Positions 16,450-25,034 of a stretch of DNA of 64,000 nucleotides are shown here, in pieces. The DNA is taken from NCBI GenBank assembly GCA_042408195.1, contig JBHOQL010000107.1, forward strand, positions 31,976-95,975, in the 5' to 3' direction. This DNA is from Anaerolineae bacterium (GTDB taxonomy: Bacteria; Chloroflexota; Anaerolineae; SpSt-600). The position numbers and the translations under genes are program-made. Below the pieces are notes generated by a model. The model did no database searches. It was not told the origin of the DNA and worked only from the letters and a program-made list of their open reading frames with translations. Every line of letters begins with the position of its first letter. Position 1 is the stretch's first letter.

Positions 16450-17877
16450 ATGCCCATCCCACAGAAAGGCTTATCCAAGGAGGAAATTCTCACTGCACTG
16501 GAACGCTTCAAGGCCCACGACCTAAACTGGAAAGCAGGGCGAGTGTGGGCATATGTTTATAATCCTGGGGACGAAATCCGCGAAGTGGTTGAGCAAGCTT
16601 ATACAATGTTCCTCACCGAGAACGCCCTGGATCCGACCGTCTTTCCCAGCCTATTGCGGCTGGAGGTAGAGGTTGTCCGGATGCTGGCGGATTTGCTGAG
16701 AGGGGATGAAAATGTTGTAGGAAATGTAACCTCCGGAGGAACGGAAAGCATCCTGTTGGCGGTAAAAGCGGCAAGGGACTGGGCCCGCGCCCAACGGCCT
16801 GAAATCACTATCCCGGAAATGGTGCTTCCGATGACTGCGCATGCTGCTTTCCACAAAGCTGCCCATTATTTTGGAGTTAAGCCTGTGATTGTTCCATTTA
16901 ATCCTGAAACATACCGCGCTGATGTAGAGGCAATGCGAAAGGCCATCACCGAGAACACAATCCTCCTGGTCGCCTCCGCACCTTGCTATTCTCACGGAGT
17001 AGTAGACCCTATAGAAGAAATCGGAGCTCTAGCCCTGGAAAAGGGGTTGCTCTTTCACGTGGACGCTTGCGTAGGAGGCCTCCATCTCTCCTTCATGAGG
17101 AAGATGGGCTATCCGGTGCCCAACTTTGACTTCAGTGTACCAGGCGTCACGTCAATCTCCGTGGACATGCACAAGTACGGGTATGCAGCTAAGGGATGTT
17201 CCATCATCTTGTATCGAAACAAGGAGTTAAGACGGTACCAGATTTTCGCTTGCTCGGAAACCACAGGCTACGCCTTGATTAACCCCACTCTCCTTAGCAG
17301 CCGCACCGGTGCACCAATCGCCGGAGCGTGGGCAATCTTAAACTACCTCGGGGAAGAGGGGTATTGCCGCATTGTCCGAGCCGTACAGGAAGCCACCCAG
17401 AAGCTGATAGAGGGAATCAGTGCTATAGAAGGGTTGCGGATCCTGGGCCAGCCGGATATGTGCATGTTCTCCTTCACCTCCGATACGGTAAACGTCTTTC
17501 TATTAGCGGATGAGATGCGGCGGCGAGGATGGTACCTACAGCCCCAGTTCTCCACCCCCCTCTCTCCGCGCAGCCTACATGTATCCGTGACTTACGGGAC
17601 AATCCCCGCAGTAGATGCACTTCTGGCCGATTTACGGGATGCGGTGGAAGTGATCCAAAAGATGCCCGAGCCAGATCCGCAGCTCGTTCAAGCAATGGTT
17701 ACAGTACTGCTGGAAAACCCTACTCCAGAAGCCATAGCCCATATGTTATCTGCAGCAGGCATTAAGACCACTGAGTTGCCTCGGGATATGGCTCTCATCA
17801 ACGAAATTCTGGATGCACTACCCTCTGAAGTGGTCAATGACCTTTTGATCGGCTACTTTAATGACCTTTACGCATAA
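16450..17877 (+). CDS. pyridoxal-phosphate-dependent decarboxylase/lyase, group II (sphingosine-1-phosphate-lyase / MfnA / glutamate-decarboxylase-like)
   Basis: A PLP-lysine motif (SISVDMHKYGYAAKGCS) and group-II fold pattern are present. The true start is ATG 16450 after RBS aaggaggag; the long listed ORF 15604-17877 is an in-frame read-through artefact across the MFS gene. Confidence 0.8.
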   Translation: MPIPQKGLSKEEILTALERFKAHDLNWKAGRVWAYVYNPGDEIREVVEQAYTMFLTENALDPTVFPSLLRLEVEVVRMLADLLRGDENVVGNVTSGGTESILLAVKAARDWARAQRPEITIPEMVLPMTAHAAFHKAAHYFGVKPVIVPFNPETYRADVEAMRKAITENTILLVASAPCYSHGVVDPIEEIGALALEKGLLFHVDACVGGLHLSFMRKMGYPVPNFDFSVPGVTSISVDMHKYGYAAKGCSIILYRNKELRRYQIFACSETTGYALINPTLLSSRTGAPIAGAWAILNYLGEEGYCRIVRAVQEATQKLIEGISAIEGLRILGQPDMCMFSFTSDTVNVFLLADEMRRRGWYLQPQFSTPLSPRSLHVSVTYGTIPAVDALLADLRDAVEVIQKMPEPDPQLVQAMVTVLLENPTPEAIAHMLSAAGIKTTELPRDMALINEILDALPSEVVNDLLIGYFNDLYA

Positions 17878-17943
17878 CAACTTAATAGGGCCTTGGCTCT
17901 AATGCGCTAACTCAAGGCCTATATGGGCTGGACTGGCCTGGTA

Positions 17944-18828
17944 TCAGAACCCGAACCACCGCAGGACCAAATCGGGTACCCAAAACCCTCCAATCCCCAA
18001 GCCAATTCGCACGAAGGTAGAGGCTACCAATAGCAGCACGCTAAAGGCGATGAGGGCATAGTCTCGCGGCGCGTATCGCAACTCGTGAATCCATGTGCGG
18101 GGGCGCAGGCCGAAACAGCGCAGGTCCATCGCGTTGATGATGTCCTCCGCCCCAACGATCGCGTTGATGGTCACTGGAACGATGAGAGGAGCCATCTTCC
18201 GAATCTGAGCGATTAGCCCCCCTGTCAGTTTTTCAACCTCGTAACCCCGCGCTCGCTGTGCATCCAGCGTAATGCTGAAATCCCGCGCCAACGTAGGCAC
18301 GAACCGGAAAGCCAAGTCCATGGAAAAGGCTACCTTATCGGGCAGCCCCAAATATCGGAAAGTTACCCCGTAGTGATTGGGGTTGAAAGTGTATGCCACG
18401 GGGATAAAGAGGGTGGCGACGGTAAGCATCCGAACCATCTGGCTTACAGCAAAGACCAATTTCTCCACCGTGATGGTAGGGTGGATCTCCCATCCCACCC
18501 TCGGGATGACCCACCGAACCTCCCAGATAACGTGGTAGCTCCCCCGCAGGACCTCCACAGGCCCGCCTCGCCCTGTTAGAACCGCGTTGATTCCGATGAT
18601 AACCACCACCAGAATCAGAACAAAGGTCCATATCCGGCGGGTCTCCCGCCACGTCAGCCGACAAAGGAAATAATATACCAAGGTGAGGCCGAAGAAAAAG
18701 AGCAAAAACCGCAGATCCCAGAACTGGATCACCGAAAAGAGGACAGCCAGCATAAAGATCCACCGCGCTCGCGGGTCCAACTTTTGGATGAAGGTATTGC
18801 GCTCCCGGTAACGCCACGAGACCAGCAT
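17944..18828 (-). CDS. ecfT: ECF transporter transmembrane (T) component, EcfT/CbiQ family
   Basis: EcfT-like polytopic layout with coupling-helix region (…ARDFSITLDAQRARGYEV…). Last gene of the ecfA-A/S/T module. Confidence 0.8.
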   Translation of the reverse strand: MLVSWRYRERNTFIQKLDPRARWIFMLAVLFSVIQFWDLRFLLFFFGLTLVYYFLCRLTWRETRRIWTFVLILVVVIIGINAVLTGRGGPVEVLRGSYHVIWEVRWVIPRVGWEIHPTITVEKLVFAVSQMVRMLTVATLFIPVAYTFNPNHYGVTFRYLGLPDKVAFSMDLAFRFVPTLARDFSITLDAQRARGYEVEKLTGGLIAQIRKMAPLIVPVTINAIVGAEDIINAMDLRCFGLRPRTWIHELRYAPRDYALIAFSVLLLVASTFVRIGLGIGGFWVPDLVLRWFGF

Positions 18829-18889
18829 CCGTCCTCCTGGGTTGGTTTACAGCGGCGGCCTAAAAGGCCGCCGCTGATGGACCCTTAAT

Positions 18890-19438
18890 TTACCGCCCGG
18901 TCCGGGCGGTTATGGCGCTGTAGGCAATCATCAAGATGGGCACCAGGATAACACCATTGACGACGTCCGTCAAGCCTGCGGGCAAAAAGTAGCCAACAAG
19001 GGCTGTCCTGAGGTCAATCCCGGAGACCCATATCTCCGAAAGTGATGCTAAGAGCATTCCCACAATCGCGCCCAAGGCAGAAAAGATATCGGCAATGACT
19101 AAGGACCGAGTGCTGCGGAAATCCCGAATTAGAAGCCCCGCGAATCCCGGGATCAGCCCCATGATGCCGTTGCCCAGGTCCCACCAAAACCAGAAGCCCC
19201 AGCCGGAGAGGGCATCACCAATGATGTTCCCCAAGAAACCGCTGATAAAGCCCACCCATGGCCCAAAGGCAACGCCGAAGAACATGGGGATACAAACGGC
19301 AGGACGAAAGGCTATGTTGCCTGCGGCGGGAAGGGCTAACATGTTTGTGGCAAAGGAGAGGACGCCATAGAGAGCCGCCCCTAGTGCCGCAAGGACTATT
19401 TAGCGAGTCCCAAAGGCATACCACTTTTTCTCTCGCAT
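18890..19438 (-). pseudogene. ECF transporter substrate-specific (S) component interrupted by an in-frame TAA after codon 12 (MREKKWYAFGTR*IVLAALGAALYGVLSFATN MLALPAAGN…)
   Basis: ATG 19438 sits 12 nt after the ecfA-A stop and has an RBS (aaagaggttacc). The frame then hits TAA at 19402-19400 and continues open, in the same frame, through a canonical S-component first TM helix to the listed ORF 19342-18890. The substrate class is not recognisable from the sequence. Confidence 0.55.
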
Positions 19439-19450
19439 GGTAACCTCTTT

Positions 19451-21073
19451 TTATGAAAATTTTGCAACCGCATGGGCCAGGGCTTCCGCCCTCATAAAAC
19501 GGCCCGTCTGCGGCAAATACTCCAGGTTCAATCGCAAAAGGGACGTGGGCACAATCCGGCACCGACGCAGACGGTCTATGTCCGCTAGAACGGCCTCCGG
19601 CGCACCGTCGGCAACGATTTCCCCTTCCGCCATGAGTATAACCCGATTTGCGTAGCAGATAGCCAAGTCCAGGTCATGGGTAACAAACAAAACTGCTGCC
19701 AAGTCCGGCATCCGAAGAATAGAATCCATGAACGCCATGTAATTCCAGTAATCCTGGCCTGCCGTCGGCTCATCCATGATCAGGATTCGGGACCCCATTG
19801 TCAGGATGGCTGCAATGCTCACTCGCTTTTGCTGCCCAAAAGAGAGGGCCAGAGGCGGGTAATCCTCCTGTCCTCTCAGGTTGACAACCTCCACCGCCCG
19901 AGCAATTCCTGCGGCAATTTCCTCCGGCGAAAAGCCTAAGTTCTTCGGTCCAAAGGCCAATTCCTCCCTAACCGTTGGGGCAAAAAGCATGTGGCTTGGG
20001 CTTTGGAAAACATAACCAACGGTATGGGCTAGCTGGGCCACACTCAATTCCCGAGTGTCCCATCCCTCCACCAGCACCCGGCCGCGTCGAGGCTTAAGAA
20101 GACCAATGACGTGCTTGACTAGCGTCGTCTTCCCGGCACCGTTAGGGCCTAGTATGGCGATGATGTCTCCCCGATAAATGGTCAGGTTAACATCGCGGAT
20201 GACCGGTGGACCCTCCTCGTCGTAAGCGAAGGTCACGTTCTCAAAGACCACAAGGGGTTCACGACCGTTAGGCCGGATAGCGGGTTCAAAGGTAGGAGGT
20301 GAGGCCTTGACAGCACGCTGAAAAACCAGAGGTGCGGGCAACTTTACCTCCTGGTAGTCCACCGCTTCCGTCATCCTTTCCGGTGGGCCCTCGTAGATTA
20401 CCCGTCCGTCCCGCATGAATAGGACACGGTCAGGCCGGATGCTCAGAGCGTCCTCCACTCGGTGCTCCACCAGCAAAATACTGATGCCCTCGTCGGCTAA
20501 GTGGCGGAAGAGAGCCAAAGCTTCTTGCGCGCTGACAGGATCCAGGTTCGCCAGCGGCTCGTCCAACAGCAAAATCCGGGGCCGCATTGCCAGAACCCCT
20601 GCCAGAGCCACTTTTTGCTTTTCACCACCAGAAAGGTAGAAAGTCTCCCGGTCCCGAAGGTGAGAGATGCCCAGGTGCGCTAAAACCTCGTCCACCCGCC
20701 TGAGGATTTCCGACCGAGACAACCCCAGGTTTTCCAGGCCAAAAGCCACTTCGTTGAGAACGAAACTCCCCACAATCTGCCGCTCCGGATCCTGCAAAAG
20801 CGTCCCCACCTGTTGGGAGAGTTCAGGCATGCTCATGGAGCGGGTATCCCGACCGTAGAGCAGAATCCGTCCTTGGAGTTCGCCTTTGTATGTGCGAGGG
20901 ATCAGTCCGTTGATACAACGGATGAGAGTGGTCTTCCCACAGCCGCTAGCCCCGGCAACCAGCACGATTTCCCCTGGTTTCAGAGCAAAGGAAACATCTT
21001 TAATGGCAGGCTCCGGTCGGGCTCGATAGCGGAAGCTCAAATTCTCAATTAACAGAGGTAGTTCTCCGGACAA
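19451..21073 (-). CDS. ecfA: ECF transporter ATPase, fused tandem EcfA1-EcfA2 (two ABC nucleotide-binding domains)
   Basis: Two Walker A motifs (GASGCGKTT and GPNGAGKTT) and two ABC signatures (LSGGEKQKVALA / LSFGQQKRVSIA) are present. Confidence 0.9.
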   Translation of the reverse strand: MSGELPLLIENLSFRYRARPEPAIKDVSFALKPGEIVLVAGASGCGKTTLIRCINGLIPRTYKGELQGRILLYGRDTRSMSMPELSQQVGTLLQDPERQIVGSFVLNEVAFGLENLGLSRSEILRRVDEVLAHLGISHLRDRETFYLSGGEKQKVALAGVLAMRPRILLLDEPLANLDPVSAQEALALFRHLADEGISILLVEHRVEDALSIRPDRVLFMRDGRVIYEGPPERMTEAVDYQEVKLPAPLVFQRAVKASPPTFEPAIRPNGREPLVVFENVTFAYDEEGPPVIRDVNLTIYRGDIIAILGPNGAGKTTLVKHVIGLLKPRRGRVLVEGWDTRELSVAQLAHTVGYVFQSPSHMLFAPTVREELAFGPKNLGFSPEEIAAGIARAVEVVNLRGQEDYPPLALSFGQQKRVSIAAILTMGSRILIMDEPTAGQDYWNYMAFMDSILRMPDLAAVLFVTHDLDLAICYANRVILMAEGEIVADGAPEAVLADIDRLRRCRIVPTSLLRLNLEYLPQTGRFMRAEALAHAVAKFS

Positions 21074-21492
21074 AGCTCCCTCCCTATAACGACCTTACAA
21101 AACAGCATTCGTACGAAGTGGGTCTTCAAAATGTTAGCGCTAACTACTGGGCAAAACGAGAACCGCCCCGGTGTTGCCAAAGAGATGCAGACAATGCAGC
21201 TGCGGCCTCGGGGGATCATCCCCCCCCATCAATTGCTAAGTTTTACCATTCACTGGCCTTTTTAGGGCTGAAATCGCCGTCGGCAGTAAAATTATATACC
21301 TATCAGGCAAGAGTAGCAACTTACTAATTGGGGCCAAGGCCTTTCCCTTTCGCTTAATTGTCCGCAAAATCAAACACATCACCTCGAGCCCTAACTAACT
21401 GAGGAGCCGAGGCTGCAAGCTATTTCGGGCCCGCTTGCATATGTAAAGCTCGGGAAAACAGCGTTAAAGTTGCCAAGCAAGAGGGGAAAAGC

Positions 21493-21897
21493 TTATCCCA
21501 TATACCATACCCACTTGGGGCCGCGCATATCCCTTATGATGTCAGTAGTGGAAAGGACACCAATGGGCTCGCTTCCTTTCTCGGAATCAATGGTAACTAT
21601 TACCCTGTGGATTTTATTTTCTAGCATTATCTTGGCCGCATCTTCTACCGGGGTGTCTGGATGCACAGAAATAACGGGCGATTTCATAACGTCTTTGGCT
21701 TTATAACCAGATATGTCCTGGCCGTAAAGAGGGAGGAGGTCCATGTGAGAGATTATGCCCATTATATAGCCTTCGGGGTCGGTAACTACTATAGCATGGA
21801 CATCGGTATCGGCTATGACCCGCACCACTTCCTGAAGGGAGGTTTCCGGACCGCAAGAGATAACACCTTTGTGCATTATGTCCTTAACGACCTTCAC
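21493..21897 (-). CDS. CBS-domain pair protein
   Basis: Two CBS motifs in 134 aa (DIMHKGVISCGPETSLQEV… / …HRVIVTIDSEKGSEPIGVLSTTDII). Confidence 0.7.
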   Translation of the reverse strand: MKVVKDIMHKGVISCGPETSLQEVVRVIADTDVHAIVVTDPEGYIMGIISHMDLLPLYGQDISGYKAKDVMKSPVISVHPDTPVEDAAKIMLENKIHRVIVTIDSEKGSEPIGVLSTTDIIRDMRGPKWVWYMG

Positions 21898-21992
21898 TTT
21901 CCTGCCTCCTTGCCTTAATGTTAAAATAACGGCGAGGCCGTTACCGTGGTGGAACGAACGGCCTCGCCGATCACCTTCACCCGGTAGCCCCT

Positions 21993-24278
21993 TTAGAACA
22001 ACGGCGGCATGCTGAGAGCTGGATGGCCTTTCTCCTCAAGGTAGGCTAAGAGCTCTTCCACTGTGGTGGCAACCCGCTCATCAGCAATCTTGTCCAGAAG
22101 GTCGGGGTCACCTTCTCGCTCGCAGACCTTCTGAAGCTCCTCTTTCATAGTCTCCTTAAGGAAGCTGGACATCCACACAATGCGCTTGAAGCCGCCATCG
22201 GCCCGGATGAATTTCCTGGAGAGGAGGAAATACTTACCAATACCCATCACGCCCGGGGTTTGGAGGCCACCACCAGCCGTTCCTGCCAGGGTTGAGAAGG
22301 TCATTCCAGCTGGGGTCATGGACGGATCCTCGCGGCTGACCACCATAAAGCCGTTGGCTTCAGGGATTATCATCATTATGCACTCAAAGCAGCCGCAGGC
22401 GGTCATCGGGTTCTCCATAATGGAATACATGGCTACCTGGTCGACGGCCCCGCGGGAAGCCTGCTTTACGAACCGGTTAACTCCTTCAAAGTAACCTTTC
22501 CATTCGTCCAAGACCTTGCCTTTGGGAACCGGCTGGTTGGGGCCTGTGGGGTTGATCTGGTGAGAAGCCTTGCAGTCCAACCAGTTGTAGGCACCACACA
22601 GCCCTAAGCGCTCAGGGCTGATGATGCAGACGTGGTTGGGAGCAAAGCTCTGGCAGAGGGTGCAGGAGTAGAATTCCTCCACGCTTTCGTCCGTCATCTC
22701 TTCCAGGCGGCGGTTGCGGAAGTTATAAGCTTCACGTGCTTTCTGGAGCCACTCTTGCAGGAGACTCTTGTCAGTGATTATCTTGACCTGAACCTTGTCC
22801 ACAATAGCGCCAAAATCGGAGTGGAAACGAGCGTGGAGGATCTTACCAAAATGCTCGAGCCTAAAGCCAGCCTGGGAAGCTTTCTTGGAAACTCGGATCC
22901 AGGCTATATCCCTCTGACCTATGTGCTGGATGCCGGAGGCACCGTTAATAAAGTAGTGGATCTGGCGCTCCAAGACGGGCTCAAAGTCCTTCTGCATCTT
23001 GCGCCCGGCGACTTCTACTATGATGCCCATGTCCATAGCTCCGCCTTCCGGCACCTCGTCAAAATCTGGTCCTATGACTTCAATCTTGCCATCCTCCACT
23101 TCCTCCATAGGCTTCATGTAGAGGTACTCGAAGCAACGGGAGTCCTTGCCACCAAACTCCACCCTCATGTCCTGGCGGCGGACTCTCTCCCCCTCAAAAG
23201 CGGAACCGTAAGGAACCGGAATGTCAATGCGGGTTATCTTTACCTTGACTCCGCGCACCTCAATGCACTTTTCTACAAGCCTCTTGACCCTCTCTATATC
23301 GTCTTTGCCCTCAATATCGTCAAATGGCATAGAGATAACGTGTTCATACTGGGTTACGCCGGTGGGGAGGATCTGCGGAATAATGGTATCGGCAATGACT
23401 GGGAAACCATAGTTAATGGCACCGGCGGCGGTTGCGTACTTGAGGTCATCCACTTCACCGAGAGCCAGGACGAAAGCAAAAACCCTGTACTTGTTGTAGA
23501 GAAGGATTTCCTTAGCCTGGCCGGGCTTGAGGCCGCCGAAGCTCAGGGCAGAGCGGGTAGCAAAACCAAGGGCGTAAATAGCCGAGATGGTATCAGTTCC
23601 GAAGGGGACGATATAAGTATCGTAGCCCATCTCCACCCCTTCTTCCATGAGCTGATGGATTATAGAGCGCCCGTTCACATTGCCGGCAAGGAGGACAAGG
23701 ATGTTGCGCTGCTGGAGCTCACGGACAAGTTGGACTGCTACCTCGTTGGATTTGGCACAGCCGACAATGGCCGCAAAGCCCGGCATTCGTCCGTCTACCA
23801 ACTGAATGCCCCACGCTCGCATCTGAGAGTCATCAATGGGGCCATTGAGGCGGGTTCCTTCCTCGCCTTTCATAAAATCAGGGGCGGTGAAGCTGGCAGA
23901 AGGAACGTAATAACCTCCCCAGGTTATCTTTTCGGGCTCAAGGCCGTAGGCGAAGCGGATGCCTTCAATGGCCTCTTCGGCCAGTAGGGTAGCGATTCCG
24001 CAGTCCAAGGCCTCCCCCAGATAAGGAAGCCAGTGCTTCTCTTCGGGAATAGGGTGCAATAGATTCTTGGCTATGTTCAGAACCTGTTCCAGGTCCTTAA
24101 GTTTTGTGACCGGGATGCCGGTAAGGCCGTAAATGACTGGAAGGTAATATGCAGTGTTAGGGAAAGCCACCTTGGCCTCCGGGCCAAGCTCTTGAAGGGC
24201 CTTTTGGAGCATCTTCTCGGCTTCGTTGACAATGTAGTTGGCGCCTCTTATCGCACGGGTGGCAATATATCTGGACAT
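21993..24278 (-). CDS. acsB: acetyl-CoA synthase (CODH/ACS complex, ACS catalytic subunit AcsB)
   Basis: About 760 aa with the characteristic N-terminal region (…FPNTAYYLPVIYGLTG…), matching the ACS alpha-subunit family. Adjacent to cooS/acsA. Confidence 0.85.
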   Translation of the reverse strand: MSRYIATRAIRGANYIVNEAEKMLQKALQELGPEAKVAFPNTAYYLPVIYGLTGIPVTKLKDLEQVLNIAKNLLHPIPEEKHWLPYLGEALDCGIATLLAEEAIEGIRFAYGLEPEKITWGGYYVPSASFTAPDFMKGEEGTRLNGPIDDSQMRAWGIQLVDGRMPGFAAIVGCAKSNEVAVQLVRELQQRNILVLLAGNVNGRSIIHQLMEEGVEMGYDTYIVPFGTDTISAIYALGFATRSALSFGGLKPGQAKEILLYNKYRVFAFVLALGEVDDLKYATAAGAINYGFPVIADTIIPQILPTGVTQYEHVISMPFDDIEGKDDIERVKRLVEKCIEVRGVKVKITRIDIPVPYGSAFEGERVRRQDMRVEFGGKDSRCFEYLYMKPMEEVEDGKIEVIGPDFDEVPEGGAMDMGIIVEVAGRKMQKDFEPVLERQIHYFINGASGIQHIGQRDIAWIRVSKKASQAGFRLEHFGKILHARFHSDFGAIVDKVQVKIITDKSLLQEWLQKAREAYNFRNRRLEEMTDESVEEFYSCTLCQSFAPNHVCIISPERLGLCGAYNWLDCKASHQINPTGPNQPVPKGKVLDEWKGYFEGVNRFVKQASRGAVDQVAMYSIMENPMTACGCFECIMMIIPEANGFMVVSREDPSMTPAGMTFSTLAGTAGGGLQTPGVMGIGKYFLLSRKFIRADGGFKRIVWMSSFLKETMKEELQKVCEREGDPDLLDKIADERVATTVEELLAYLEEKGHPALSMPPLF

Positions 24279-24508
24279 AGCCTCTACCTCCTTCAGAAGG
24301 TTCTCTCAAAGAAATTCTCGGCCAGATGCACACACTGGCACGCAGCCTCTAGAACTTTACACGCATATTCTTCTTCATTGTGAGGCCTGGAAACAAGCCC
24401 GTAGCTTGCTCCCCTTTTCAGTAGCCAATTGCGCACTGAACACGCTCCTTGCCTACCCCCTGTGCCGGAAACTAGTTTAAGCCCACTCCAGGTAACGCCA
24501 AGCTAATT

Positions 24509-25024
24509 TCAACCGGAAGTCAGCATCTTCTCCGAAAAGCATCCCTTGAACCCTTCCCGGGTCAGGGACCAGCCGGGTTTGGATGGTAGTCCTTCCCACC
24601 ACCAATAAAGGATACCCAGCGAATCTCTTCGGCGGACAAGCTTGGCCTCTTTTATGAACTGTCGTACCTCTTTAAGACGAGTTTCCAGAAAGCCCTCTAG
24701 GTCAGAAATTATAACAGTATGTTGGGAAAGGTCAAGATGCAGAGATGTTACATCGGAATTGAATTCTTCAACTGTGCGGGCCAGGATAGAAATCCTACCC
24801 TGGCCCGCCCTGTCCACTATCGGTTTATAGCCTACCTTTCCCCGCTCAATGGGATTGAGCGGCAATTCTCTGGTTATAAGGAGCAGGTCAATATCGCTTT
24901 CTTCCCTCGCTTTTCCCTTAGCCCAGGAACCGAAGAACGCTAATGCCATTGGGTTGTCTTCCAACCCTTCTTTCATCCTCTGGGTAAGCTCTACAGCGAG
25001 CTCATCGAAATTGACCTGCTCCAT
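24509..25024 (-). CDS. Pol-beta-superfamily nucleotidyltransferase domain protein
   Basis: The hG[GS]x9-13Dh[DE]h motif is present (FFGSWAKGKAREESDIDLLLI). The start lies only 10 nt after the acsA stop, so it is probably co-transcribed. Confidence 0.6.
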   Translation of the reverse strand: MEQVNFDELAVELTQRMKEGLEDNPMALAFFGSWAKGKAREESDIDLLLITRELPLNPIERGKVGYKPIVDRAGQGRISILARTVEEFNSDVTSLHLDLSQHTVIISDLEGFLETRLKEVRQFIKEAKLVRRRDSLGILYWWWEGLPSKPGWSLTREGFKGCFSEKMLTSG

Positions 25025-25034
25025 GCTTCCGCCT

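Noticed and set aside
15604-17877. 757-aa plus-strand ORF spanning the MFS transporter and the PLP decarboxylase
   Set aside because: Its first ~280 codons are an alternative frame of the GPH transporter gene with no RBS or recognisable domains. The real decarboxylase starts at ATG 16450 behind aaggaggag. This is the long-open-frame artefact typical of GC-rich DNA.
22632-23987. 451-aa plus-strand ORF antisense to acsB, and similar antisense ORFs (e.g. 25452-26072, 32541-33542, 45163-45897)
   Set aside because: They lie entirely inside strongly supported minus-strand genes (acsB, cooS, hdrCB, atpA), lack RBSs, and have low-complexity, domain-free translations. They are antisense open frames from GC/codon bias.
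24509-25024. HEPN-MNT toxin-antitoxin pair
   Set aside because: Only the nucleotidyltransferase is present. The 230-nt region downstream (24279-24508) encodes no HEPN-like ORF.
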